Origin: Antedon mediterranea
Taxonomy: Eukaryota > Animalia > Echinodermata
Length of the DNA stretch: 64,000 bases
Assembly: GCF_964355755.1 (NCBI RefSeq)
Contig: NC_092670.1
Coordinates: 24,352,795 to 24,416,794, forward strand
Reading direction: 5' to 3'
How positions within the stretch are numbered: position 1 is the first letter of the stretch; the number at the start of each line of letters is the position of its first letter. A program made the position numbers and the translations under genes. Positions 36,719 through 48,900 of this stretch are shown here, piece by piece. Under the pieces are notes generated by a model. That model was not told where the DNA came from and did not search any database. It worked only from the letters and a program-made list of their open reading frames with translations.

Positions 36719-37116
36719 AGCCCATTTACACTTGGACGATAACGATGGACGATAAATATATAAACATGCATTTTTTTTACATAAAACAAAATAAATTAGA
36801 AAGGTTTTCGTTCTAGAACTATAGGATAATCATTTATGCTGTCTTTGATAAAAATAATATTTTAAAAATTCCAATCAAATGACGTCATGATAAATAAAAA
36901 CAATAAAATCATTGTATTGTCACGATATTATTGCTCTTACTAATCGTGATGTCATTTGATTGGACGTGTGAAAATATCATTTTCAGCAAAGGAAGCATAG
37001 AAGGTTATTCTATGGTTCTAGAATGAAAAGTTTTTTATATTTCTTTTGTTTTATGTATGAAAAATGCACATTTGTCTATTTATCGTCGATCGTTATCGTC
37101 CTAGTGTAAATGGGCC
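36719..37116. mobile_element. Harbinger-like MITE with long TIRs
   Basis: GCCCATTTACACTTGGACGATAACGAT ... ATCGTTATCGTCCTAGTGTAAATGGGC; TAA/TTA flanks. Confidence 0.75.
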
Positions 37117-37364
37117 TTAATGCATGTCCATCTTGAAAAATACCCGCATACAATAACACGAGGATGCTTCGCCTTTTCCTATCTCCTCCTACGATAATTG
37201 TATTTAATGGCTGAAAACCGGTTGAACAGCTCAAGTACAGCATCATAATGTTGAAGACAGGTGTATCGTTACATGTATTTTTTCGACTATTCATTCAATC
37301 TTTTATTTCGGAATCTCTGGTCCATAGAAAGTAAAAAGTACATATAAATGAAATGAAATAAACA

Positions 37365-38015
37365 AGACTACTACTACTCATCCTAGGATGGCATTCCACC
37401 TGGAGAGCATCTTCGACTTAACTAAGACATTGCTTATAATCGTTGAGACTAAAACATTTTCGCTTGCATTTAGTCTACCCATCAGGCCATATATTGATTT
37501 TCTTAACAATTCATAGAAAGAAGGAATTCTACATTCCGTAAACATAATAAGGATGGCATTGCAATGTCGAGGCCTTTGTAGCAACATTCTTAAACCATTA
37601 TTATTGTAACATACTTGGAGAGATCGCAAGGTACCCTGATTATAATTGCACCATAATGTAGCACAATACATATTTACACAATATGTTCTAAATAAAACAC
37701 ATTTTACATTGATAGAACACATACTAAATTTACTGACCAAGGAGTTGGCTCGGATACACAAAGATCTGTATTGCCGCTTTATATCGAAATCACATAAATC
37801 CAAGGAGATAACATGACCAAGTCAACATATTCTAAGGTTTTACCATTAATGGTAATAATAGGTTTCAATTGAATCCACCATGACTTAGGACTGATTATCA
37901 TACAAGATGATTTCTTAGAATTGTAAACAATATCATTTTTGGCCGCAAAGCATTCAGACATTTTAATTAAATGTTGCAAACCTGATGCAGAAGGTGATAA
38001 AAGCATCATCTGTAT
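37365..38015 (-). mobile_element. 5'-truncated LINE 3' end (RTEX-like) with (GTA)n tail
   Basis: LLSPSASGLQHLIKMSECFA..DIVYNSKKSSCM and KCVLFRTYCVNMYCATLW; short (CTA)n tail at 37368-37378. Confidence 0.7.
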
Positions 38016-38919
38016 ACGATAGGTTGTTAAATTTATTTCAATAAACACTGTGACAGTGACAGTTTTAACGAAGTATTAAATCGCAATTGTTTTACTCTAT
38101 TTAGTGGTATATTAATTATAGGTCTTTAAAAAAATTGTCTTTACTGAGTGGATAATAAAGAACTATAAAGTAAAGAATAATTTAATATAAAGAATATATG
38201 AAAAAATTGTTCCTCTTTGTACGTATCCTCATCCTCATCCCCAACCCTTAACCCTAATGTTAGATACAAAACACAAATTGGGTTTGTTTAAATGAGTCCA
38301 AATCAAAAAATGTGGACTCATTTTGTTTCTCTTTCGGAAGTAATTCCCAGGGTGCTAATTTTGGTGTACTACATAAATCATTGTGTCTATTTATTTGTTT
38401 CTGTAAACGACAAAGTTTTATAGTCCTACATTTGAAATCGCCAGTTTTTTTTACGCTAGAAATTACTATGTATTCAAAAACCATCTAGTGATTCATAATT
38501 TTTCAAAAAAAAATAAAAAAATCTAATCATCAACAATGTTTATAAACCAGTAGTTTATATTAGTATGAAGCAGTTTTTATTATTATATCTATTATTACAC
38601 AAATAGATTGAAATGATGATTAAAAAAAAAGAATGATATATAATATTAAATGATCTAAATAAATTATAAAATCTGTGCATAAGAGTATTGTATACAATAT
38701 ATTTACAGGTAGGCGCTAATTAGGAAAGGAACAACTACAGTAAAACAAGCACATTTACTGGGAAAGTACTGTGTGATGGATATTTACAACATAAATAAAA
38801 CAATATAAAATATATCAACATTGAATATTACACAAAATTCAATGTTGCGTAATTACATGTAAACATAATTTATATACAATTGTGTACACATATCTGTAAA
38901 TTTACATAACATATACATA

Positions 38920-39955
38920 TCAAATGTCAACTTTTGTCATGTTAATTTCTTGTTGAAAGTTTGGTTTGCGGGAATTGCAAGTAAACATATGCACGATAGT
39001 GTACAGATACGGATTAATGCACGAGTTGATAGGAATTATGAATGTTGCCGCCCAAACATATATTTCATCTGGAATGTCCCACCTTTCCGTCTCTGAACAA
39101 ATCCCCATCAGTATGACAGGGAACCAGCAACTGAAATCGGTGAAAACTATTAATCCTAGTTTTCTAGCCATTTTAACCTGTTCCTTTCTCCTCAGTCGTC
39201 TGTTAACCGTTGCACCTGAACGTTGAACAGAGAAGAAAATTGCAACATAACTCGTTGCGATCACGATAAAACCTAAACCATTGAATCCAATAAAAATGAC
39301 AATAGCATACTCCCAGCCTGGCCATCGACTTTTTGTTAGCGGTAGTGCAAGGCAAACACTCTGTTTCCCATAGTAGTTTTCGCCAAAATACGATAAATTA
39401 ATAAAGTCTAATCTGTTTACAAGTGGAAGAAAACTGAGAACAATCCAAACTAACCAACTAATACCGATAATATTTTTACACTTTGTACTGTTCAGCCGTT
39501 TTGTAGTGAAAGGGTTCACGATGTTAACTGCACGGTCAATGCTCAATATCATCAATGTAGTTACAGAACATTGACCGGAGAGAGTAGAAATAGCACCCGC
39601 AAAGCTACAAAGAAAACTGCTTTTCCAATATATCGCAACTATCGCATACCGTCCTCTGTAGTGTATATCTGCACTCGCTATGATGATCAGATAAACTGCC
39701 ATCAGCAAATCAGACACAGCCAGATTAGTGATGAGCATGGTTTGCACCTTATTAACATTACTATCATTATTCTTGTTAAACCGTCGTGATACGATTACAA
39801 CTACATTACCAATGACAGATAAAACACCAATAACCAACATCAATACTCTTAACACTTCTCGTTTTAGTAAGTCTGCACAAGAAGCAAAGGCATCTGTTGG
39901 TTCGCAGACATCAATGTGACCCACGAGACAACACAGACTAAACAAATCTGAATAT
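38920..39955 (-). CDS. Hinge + 7TM terminal exon of LGR copy B
   Basis: YSDLFSLCCL..CEPTDAFASCADLL, GNVVVI, NLAVSDLLMAVYL, SIDRA, FTDFSCWFP, PINSCINPYLY; uninterrupted 1036 bp. Confidence 0.93.
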
Positions 39956-42900
39956 CTGAAATAATTAACACAAAAAAACCATAGTTGTAAAGTAATGTCA
40001 TTTTGTACATCTAACCTGCCTCATATATTTTTCAGTTGCAGAACAGTTATATTTAGCAACTACTTTTGTACGGATTGAAATCAGCGTAGAAGATGGCATC
40101 GAATATCTTAGCATTAAAGAGAATAATACAGTTTTGCAAAAATTATTGGTATGTCAACTCTCCCAATACTGAACTGGTTTCCCAGAAAGTATGGTATTCG
40201 GAATGTGTTTTTAATGGTAAAAATGAATTTTAGAATATTTGAATTTCAAGAGTTTCTGGTTTTCAGAGAGTGCCGTATTGAGACAGTTGACTGTATTCTT
40301 TTAATTAAAGGTCATAAAATGTGAATGCGTGTACAGTTTCAAAAAACTAAATGTAGTAGGTGCTTGAACAGAAATAAAACAATATTTGTAAATGTATGGG
40401 TATTCAGGTCCTTTCAATACTCACAGTTCTGTTAAGGTCTTTAGTTCTTCAAAGGTTCTATCTCTGTAATTCTGTAATTTGTTGTCCGTCAAGTTTCTGA
40501 AAAATATTAATATAAACAACCCGTTAAAAGCACAATGATGTTAACAAATGATTCGGCCAGAGATTGCGCAATGAATAATAGTTATATTGTTGGTTGGTAG
40601 GTTAATTTTTGCTTGATACGTTTAGTCGTTGGTCCCATGCACACAGATGCGCATATTGTCTCTTTCGGTTACAAAGTCCTATTTCATTGATACAAGATCG
40701 GATTCGCCATAAAACGTTCCAGTATCCGTTTTTTGTTTGTTTAATGTACAATATTTGTATTTAAATTAAGTTTTTAATGAGTTGGTTAGTTATTTAATCT
40801 ATTCCTTTTGTGAATCATTTTGATAGTTGTGATTTTGTATTATATTTCCTGGAAAAACACAATCATAATTGTGAACGCGTTTCCGTTATAAAATGAAAAT
40901 ACTAATAATAAAGGTATAACAATTAATTAAATATTAACGCCTGTATTCTTAAACCGGACTTTAGTCGTAGTTCGAAGTTCGACTTGAAAAAGTCGTAGTT
41001 CGAGCTATTACTTCAAATTCGATTAAAAAACGAAGTAGTCGAAGTTTGCAGTTCGACTTAATGAAGTCGAGCTTTAGGTCGAGTTGCACACGTCTGGGTA
41101 ACAAAGGCTATACATTGGCCAATGACAAGAGAGTATTTGAGGAGCAGACGAAATTTTGCGCATTGATATCACTTTCCATTTTCTTACAACACTTTTTACG
41201 CATCAGGACTATATACATGAAAAATAATTTTAATCGTTAATTATTAGAACAAGATCAGTATTAATTTAACAGTGAAGTATATTTGATTAACAACAAACAA
41301 AATCTTCAAACTATATTTAGGAACCATGGCGGTACGGTAACTTTTATATTTTCTAGGCCCCCAAAAAAGTATGATCGCGACGAACCACGCACTTCATAGC
41401 GTGACAAGAAAGTGCTAGGCCCCCTAAACATTCCATCGCGTCGTGAATTTCCGCATCTGCCATTGTCGCTAATGGCGTAACGTAGTTCAAGTCGGACTTG
41501 CGCGAAGAAAATTTGTAATTTGTATACGGTTGTAAATAAAGATGATTTTCATTATTATAACTTATACCAATGTATATTTAATTAAGCTAATATAAAAATA
41601 GATACTTTATTCTTCAATATCTGACCAATATAACAACTAAATTACTGTTACGTTTTTCATAAACATCGTTTAAAAACCATTTAGTCGACCATTTAGCCTG
41701 CCCCCTCCAAGACTAATAAAATCGATCAAAATCCGTCTCGATTTAGTCGAGGTTGGCCTGAATTAGTCGGCGATTTAGTTGAAGTTCGGTTTATGAATTA
41801 AAATGACGTCATTTTTTTAGTTTTAGCTTGAACTACGACTAAAGTCCGGTTTAAGAATACGGGCGTAACGCCATGTTTACAAAAACAACTTAATGTTTAA
41901 ATAAATGATATGATTGTTAGGCAAACTAGTTCTTCCTTTGATTAAAATACTTCTTAGAAGCAGTACTTTAAAGCAAACTTTGATTCATCTTAAATTGTTT
42001 ATATTTGAAATACGTATAATTGTTAAAACGTAAAATGTTCAAAACTTACAAAATTAAAATCGATGAAGCAAAACAAGCAAATGCACCATAATCTATAGTA
42101 GTTATGTTGTTTTTATGTAAATAACTGTTGAAATAAAAAGAATGATTTTAAATGGCAATTTCATAATGTCAATGATAGGCCTATAGTGGAATTAAGATGA
42201 TTCAATTAAAAAAATTCATCAATGTTACATAACAAAATAATACTTGAATCATAGATATTCTATATTTTTTAAAGGATGCACAAAAACGCTTTTAATACGA
42301 GTTTCTATGTTATCAAATTACAAATGCATTAGGGCTACTTAAATTGATTCAATATTTATGTGTATTAACTATTAATGTGTGTATTTCATTTATATATTTT
42401 GAAAAATGCATAATGATAGATTATTATAAAATATTTTAATTAGACGTCGAAACAAAACATGAAGTCCTATTAATTCTAAAACATTCTATAAAAAATTGTA
42501 TATTATAGTAATTATAAAAAGTACCTACAGTTTTTCCAATGCCGACAAATCATTAAACGTCTTGGCTGACAGTGTACGTATTTGATTATCGTTCAAATGC
42601 CTTCAAAGAAATAAATTGTAAACAAAATAAAATGATGGCAATTGTATTCTTAGGCATAATATGGCTTTTTTGTCTCTATGAAACCATATTTATATTATTT
42701 ATATAATTACTGATTTAACTTTGTTTCAGTGTTATACCTATTTTACACAAAATAAATTATTCTTGATTTTACATGAAGGAAACAAATCAGTATTACAATA
42801 TTTACTTAAATAAACGTCTAATTATAATATTTAACATGACAACTTTATTATTCTTTAAATGACTTTAAGTTAACATCTTTTTTTATTTCAAACACATTTA

Positions 42901-45900
42901 TACACTGGATAAAATATCCTAATTCAAAAATAAGTTTTCAACATGGTCCTGTTTAAAACTATAAAACCTTAACTAAACTACAGAACAATGACAAAATATA
43001 TATAAAAAAAAGAATATGAAAATTATTTTTATAATAAAATTTACACATTTGAATGGAAGCACATTTTTGAATTATTACAAGTATTTTATTCCAGGCATTT
43101 GCATTTACAATACTTAGGCCTAGAGCGCGAACTATTGAAAGTAATGCAGATATTTTGATTATTCAAATAATATAATATAGTTGGGTGTTGAATAGATGTC
43201 TGTCATAAAGCATTTCAATATTTACACAAGCCAGGAGGTGCAATACCATTTATGCATTTATACATTAAACACGTTAGGGCATAATAGTCATTAAACTAGT
43301 TATAATGTTAGTCAATTAGCATTATAAAAGCAATTTAACGTAGTTATAAAAATAGAACACTTACAGTTCTTTCAGAGATGTCAAATCAGAAAAAACATCG
43401 TCTGGTAATGTACTAATTTGGTTTGAGTACAAATACCTTCAAAGTAAACATAATACACAGTAAACATGCTATTTACTCTATTGAAAACTTTTTAATTTGC
43501 ATTATACACTAATAAAAAATTTACCGTATAATACTGATTTAACTTTATTCAGTATTATACCTATTTTACACAAAATACATTATTCTTGATTTTACATGAA
43601 AGGAAACAAATCAGTATTACAATATTTATTTAAATAAACGTCTAATTATAATAATTAACATGACAAATGTATTACTCTTTAAATGACTTTAAGTGTTTAT
43701 TCTTTCTGTCTTTCTGTTCCCTCTATTGTCACGCCATTGATCTTTTTTTAATTTCAAACATATTTATACACTGGATAAAATAACCTAATTCAGAAATAAG
43801 TTTTCAACATGGTCCTGTTTAAAACTATAAAACCTTAATACACAGTAAACATGCTATTTATTGAAAACTTTTTAATTAGCATAATACACTAATAAAGAAG
43901 TTAACGTAAATATATAGGAAAGACATTAGTCTTAGTTCTAGACGCTATTTCAACTTAATATTGATAAAAATATAAATATTTTAGCACACATGGCGTTTCA
44001 TACGTGTACTGAAACACCTATTTTATTTTTTTATTTTTTTATCTTATTCAATAGAAACCAATAGCGATAATTTCCGCCACTAACAGGTTTGATACAAACA
44101 AAGCCAGGACTGGAGCAACTTGATTGGTCCTAACATTGATCTAGGGCTTCTCTCGTCCAGTGCCGACCTTGACCAGAGGAAACTAGAGGATACTAGATGC
44201 AGGGGCTGCCATAAGAGTCAGCAATGCTGATTTCAAATGCCTAACGGGACCCCAGCTCCATACAGCACCCGACATTCCCAGATGGTCTCCCATCCAAGCT
44301 CTAACTAGGCCCGACGTTGCTTAACTTCGGTGATCTGACGAGAACCGGTGTTTCAACGTGGTAAAGCCGTATAAACGCCGACTGAAAAGATTGAAAAGAG
44401 CCTGGATGGCTGTTCTACAAGAAGGATGCTGCGAACAGTTTTCAACATACATTGGAGTGAGCACAAAACCAACAAGGAGCTCTACGGTGATCAAAATCAC
44501 CAAATCTCTCTCAACAAATCAGAGAGAGAAGGAACCGATTTGCTGGCCACTGCTTCAGAAGTAAGCAAGAGCCTGTGTCAGAACTAGTAGTCTGGAAACC
44601 AAGACATGGGAAAAGAAAACCAGGCAGACAACCTCTTTCGTATACAGACGTTCTAAGGATGGATACTGGCTTGGAGGGAGCAGAAGTGGAAACAGCTATG
44701 ACAGACAAGAAACTTTGGAGCGCCATGGTGGTTCGAGGACTCCACTCGCCATAATTCAAGTCAGTCAAGTCAAGTCAAACGCCGACTGGTGGACAAATAC
44801 ATAAAAAAAGACAAAACTAGACTTCGGACAAGTTATTATAAAAAAAGTACCTACAATTTTTGTAATGATGTCAAATCATCAAACGTCTTGGCTGTCAATG
44901 TACTTATTTGGTTATTGTACAATTTCCTTCAAAGAAATAAATTGTTAAAAAAATAATATGAGGACAATTGTATTATTAGGCATATTATGGCTTTAGGGTT
45001 TGTCCGTACTTGGTTAGTGAACAAACGTCTTCAATGAAATAAATTGTAAAACAAATGTGCTATTAAATGTCAATTGTATTATTAGACCTATATGGCTTTA
45101 AGTTGAGTTTGTTATAAAACTCTAATTATATTATTCAAAATATTACTAACTGATTTAAATACCTTCAACATGTGAAATTGTCTACCAACAATTAGAAGTA
45201 GATATAGGAAATAAATTACTCTAGGTTCTAGACGGCATTGCGACTTAATACTGGTAAAAAGATAGACATAGCGTTCCATACGTATAATATGAGAGCTGAA
45301 ATAGTTTAGGTCTACAAACAAAACTAGAGACTTAAGGCAACTATAGAATAAAAATACTCATAAAATTAGTCTACGTTAGCGTCTGTTTTTAAATGTAAAT
45401 ACTATAAGTCAAAACGACTGGTGGACAACAACATAAAACAGACAATAGAGACTTGAGGCAGGTATAGAAATAAAAATACTCACAGTTCTTTCAGAGATGT
45501 CAAACCAGAAAAAACATTTGCTGGTAATGTACTAATTTGGTTATCAAACAAATTCCTTCAAAGTAAGCATAAAACACAGTAAACATGCTAAATTTACTAT
45601 ATTGAACAATTTTCAAAATAAAGGTATAAATTGTTCTATTTAGGATGATGATTGTTTTAATGATTTGTATTTCGTTGTACATCGATAACATTAGTCTACG
45701 TTGGCGTCTGTTTTTAAATATAAATACTGTAAGTCAAAGGCTGACTGGTGGACAACAACATAGAACAAACAATAGAGACTTGAGGCAAGTATATAAATAA
45801 AAATACTTACAGTATTTTCAGAGATGTTAAACCAGAAAAAACATTTGCTGGTAATGTACTAATTTGGTTATCAAACAAATTCCTTCAAAGTAAGCATAAT

Positions 45901-48900
45901 ACACAGTAAACATGCTAAATTCAATATAATTATTGAACACTTTTCAAAATAAAAGTATAAATTGTTCTATTTAGGATGATGATTGTTTTAATGATTTGTA
46001 TGTCGTTGTACATCGATAACATTAGTCTACGTTGGCGTCTGTTTTTAAATGTGAATACTGTAAGTCAAAGGCTGACTGGTGGACCACAACATAGAACAAA
46101 CAATAGAGACTTGAGGCAAGTATAGAAATAAAAATACTTACAGTATTTTCAGAGATGTCAAACCAGAAAAAACATTTGCTGGTAATGTACTAATTTGGTT
46201 ATCAAACAAATTCCTTCAAAGTAAGCATAATACACAATAAACATGCTAAATTCAATATAATTATTGAACACTTTTCAAAATAAAAGTATAAATTGTTCTA
46301 TTTAGGTTGATGATTGTTTTAATGATTTGTATGTCGCTGTACATCGATAGCAATAATCTAACGTTTGATTCTGTTTTAAATGTTAATACTACTTATTTGG
46401 TTATCAAACAGATTCCTTCAAAGTAAACACGGTTAACATGTAAAATTGTATAAATTGAACATTTTTCATTTAGCATTATAACCAAAATTAAACGTAATTA
46501 AGAAAATAGAAACACTTACAGTTCTTCCAGAGATGTCAAATCAGAAAAAATATTGTATGGTAATGCACTAATTTCGTTCTTATACAAATCCCTCTTATAA
46601 CAACAATTTAAACTTAATCAAGAAATGTACTCACATTTCTTCAATGATGTCAAACCAGAAACAAAATTGGTAAAAAAAAATCGCGGTTTTACTATATTGA
46701 ACACTTTTCAAAATAAAAATATAAATTGTTCTATTAATGATGATGACTTCATTATTATTTTTAATGATTTGTATGTCGCTGTAAATCGATAACATTAGTC
46801 TACGTTAGCGTCTGTTTTTAAATGTAAATACTGTAAGTCAAAACGACTGGTGGACAACAACATAAAACAGACAATAGAGACTTGAGGCAAGTATAGAAAT
46901 AAAAATACTCACAGTACTTTCAGAGATGTCAAACCAGAAAAAACATTTGCTGGCAATGCACTAATTTCGTTCTCAGACAAATCCCTTCAAAGTATAAACA
47001 CAATACCCAGTAAGCATGCTAAATTGACTGGGCCTATATTCAACACTTTGACACTAAGTCAATGTAACAAATATTTAACTTAATCAAGAACATAAATATA
47101 CTCACATTTTTTCAAAGCTGTCAAAAACCAGAAACAAAATTGGTCAAAAAAGGCGCGGTTTCATATAATATAATATGCTAACTTTAGTATACTTATGATT
47201 TTATTTATAGGAAAGGTAAGTTAGTTAGGAAACATTGAACATTTCTATTTATTGCTAGGCCTGCAGTTCTTTCAGAGATATCAAATATTAGGTGGACTTG
47301 TTGAACCCACAAATGTGAAAACAACCACGAATGTGAAAACGCATCACCCACAAACGTGAAAACAACCACAAATGTTAAAATGTATCACCCTCAAATGTGA
47401 AAACAACCACAAATGTAAAAACGCATCACCCACAAATGTGAAAACAGCGCCCACAAATGTGAAAACGATCAATTCAAATGAAATTTATTGCTAGACCCAA
47501 ACAAATTTTATCGAATTAATGTTAATGTATTTATATACATTGTATTGAGTTTTTTCAATAATTTTGTATTCACGACCAACTTTCTAAAACGACCACACAT
47601 TGTAAGCTACCATCTCTGTTAAGGAACCGCTTCTCATAATCGACCACCTCTCGAAAAGGATCACCTCCTCTCATAAGGGACCACTTCTCATAATCAACCA
47701 CCTCTCGTAAGCGACCACCTCTCTTAACGACCTCACCTCTCGTAAAGTGACCACCTCTTTTAAGGGACCACGACCTATTTCTCTCTATTAAAGGCCCGCT
47801 TCTCAGAATCGTCAGTGAGGACTCTTTTTTCAATCAATCAATCAATCAATCTCATAATCGACCACCTCTCGTAAGGGATCACCTCCTCTCATAAGGGACC
47901 ACTTCTCATAATCAACCACCTCTCGTAAGCGACCACCTCTCTTAACGACCACACCTCTCGTAAAGTGACCACCTCTTTTAAGGGACCACGACCTATTTCT
48001 CTCTATTAAAGGCCCGCTTCTCAGAATCGTCAGTGAGGACTCTTTTTTCAATCAATCAATCAATAATAATTTATTTCTCAAATAAAAACAAAATACAGTT
48101 AACATTTTCTAAAATAATAAATAAAAAATGAGAAAATGGGTACCCCACTGGAAGCTAAGCTTTAAAATGTGGGGTCCGGGCAACATATTTAAGTAAGGTA
48201 AGGTAAGAAACATGATCATGAACAAAAAAGGCATTTAACTTAAACGAATGCAGTTGTAATTTAACTTAAGACAGATATATTATTAACTTAAACAATAATA
48301 GTAGAAACAAGGTATTCATGTAATTTGGACTTAAAACAAGATATAAAATTAATAATTTTGAGTTCTTCTGGTAAAGTATTCCATATTTTGGGTCCTTTAA
48401 ATGTATTTATCGATTTTAGTATTTACCACCTCTATGGAACGACCACCGTCTCTCATAAGCGACCGATTCTCATAACCGACCACCTCTCCTAACGACCACT
48501 ATCTCTCGGAAGCGACCACCTCCTTTAAGGGACCACTGCCTCTCGTTTCGTTTCGTTTCTTAATTACCACTCGCAAGGGCCATAAACTGACAGTGTGTCT
48601 CTGTGTGTTTTCAGAATTCGTTTGCCATTTTGATTTTTTTTTATTTCATTTCAATTAATAAAAAAAATCAAAAGTGTGCAATTATAGGTGACTTGAAAGG
48701 CCAATATAAAATTGAATTGCACTGTTATAAAATTCACCTTTAAACCAACTTGACCAATATAGGCTAGAGTTACACTTACCCTAAAAAATATTCATTGTAG
48801 AATATTAGAACCAATTAATTCCCCAAAAGAACAAAGTGTATTTAACCCCTGTACCCTTTTCATCATAAAACAATTAATCAATGACAGTCATCTAAGATAT

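Noticed and set aside
44258-44376. Functional 5S rRNA gene
   Set aside because: Diverged ends, no oligo-T terminator, and it continues into a body and A-rich tail, so a SINE is the better reading.
47305-47466. Short regularly spaced repeats resembling a CRISPR array (also 21290-21760, 50640-51100)
   Set aside because: Eukaryotic context, spacers are themselves repetitive, no cas genes; these are TE subterminal arrays or minisatellites.
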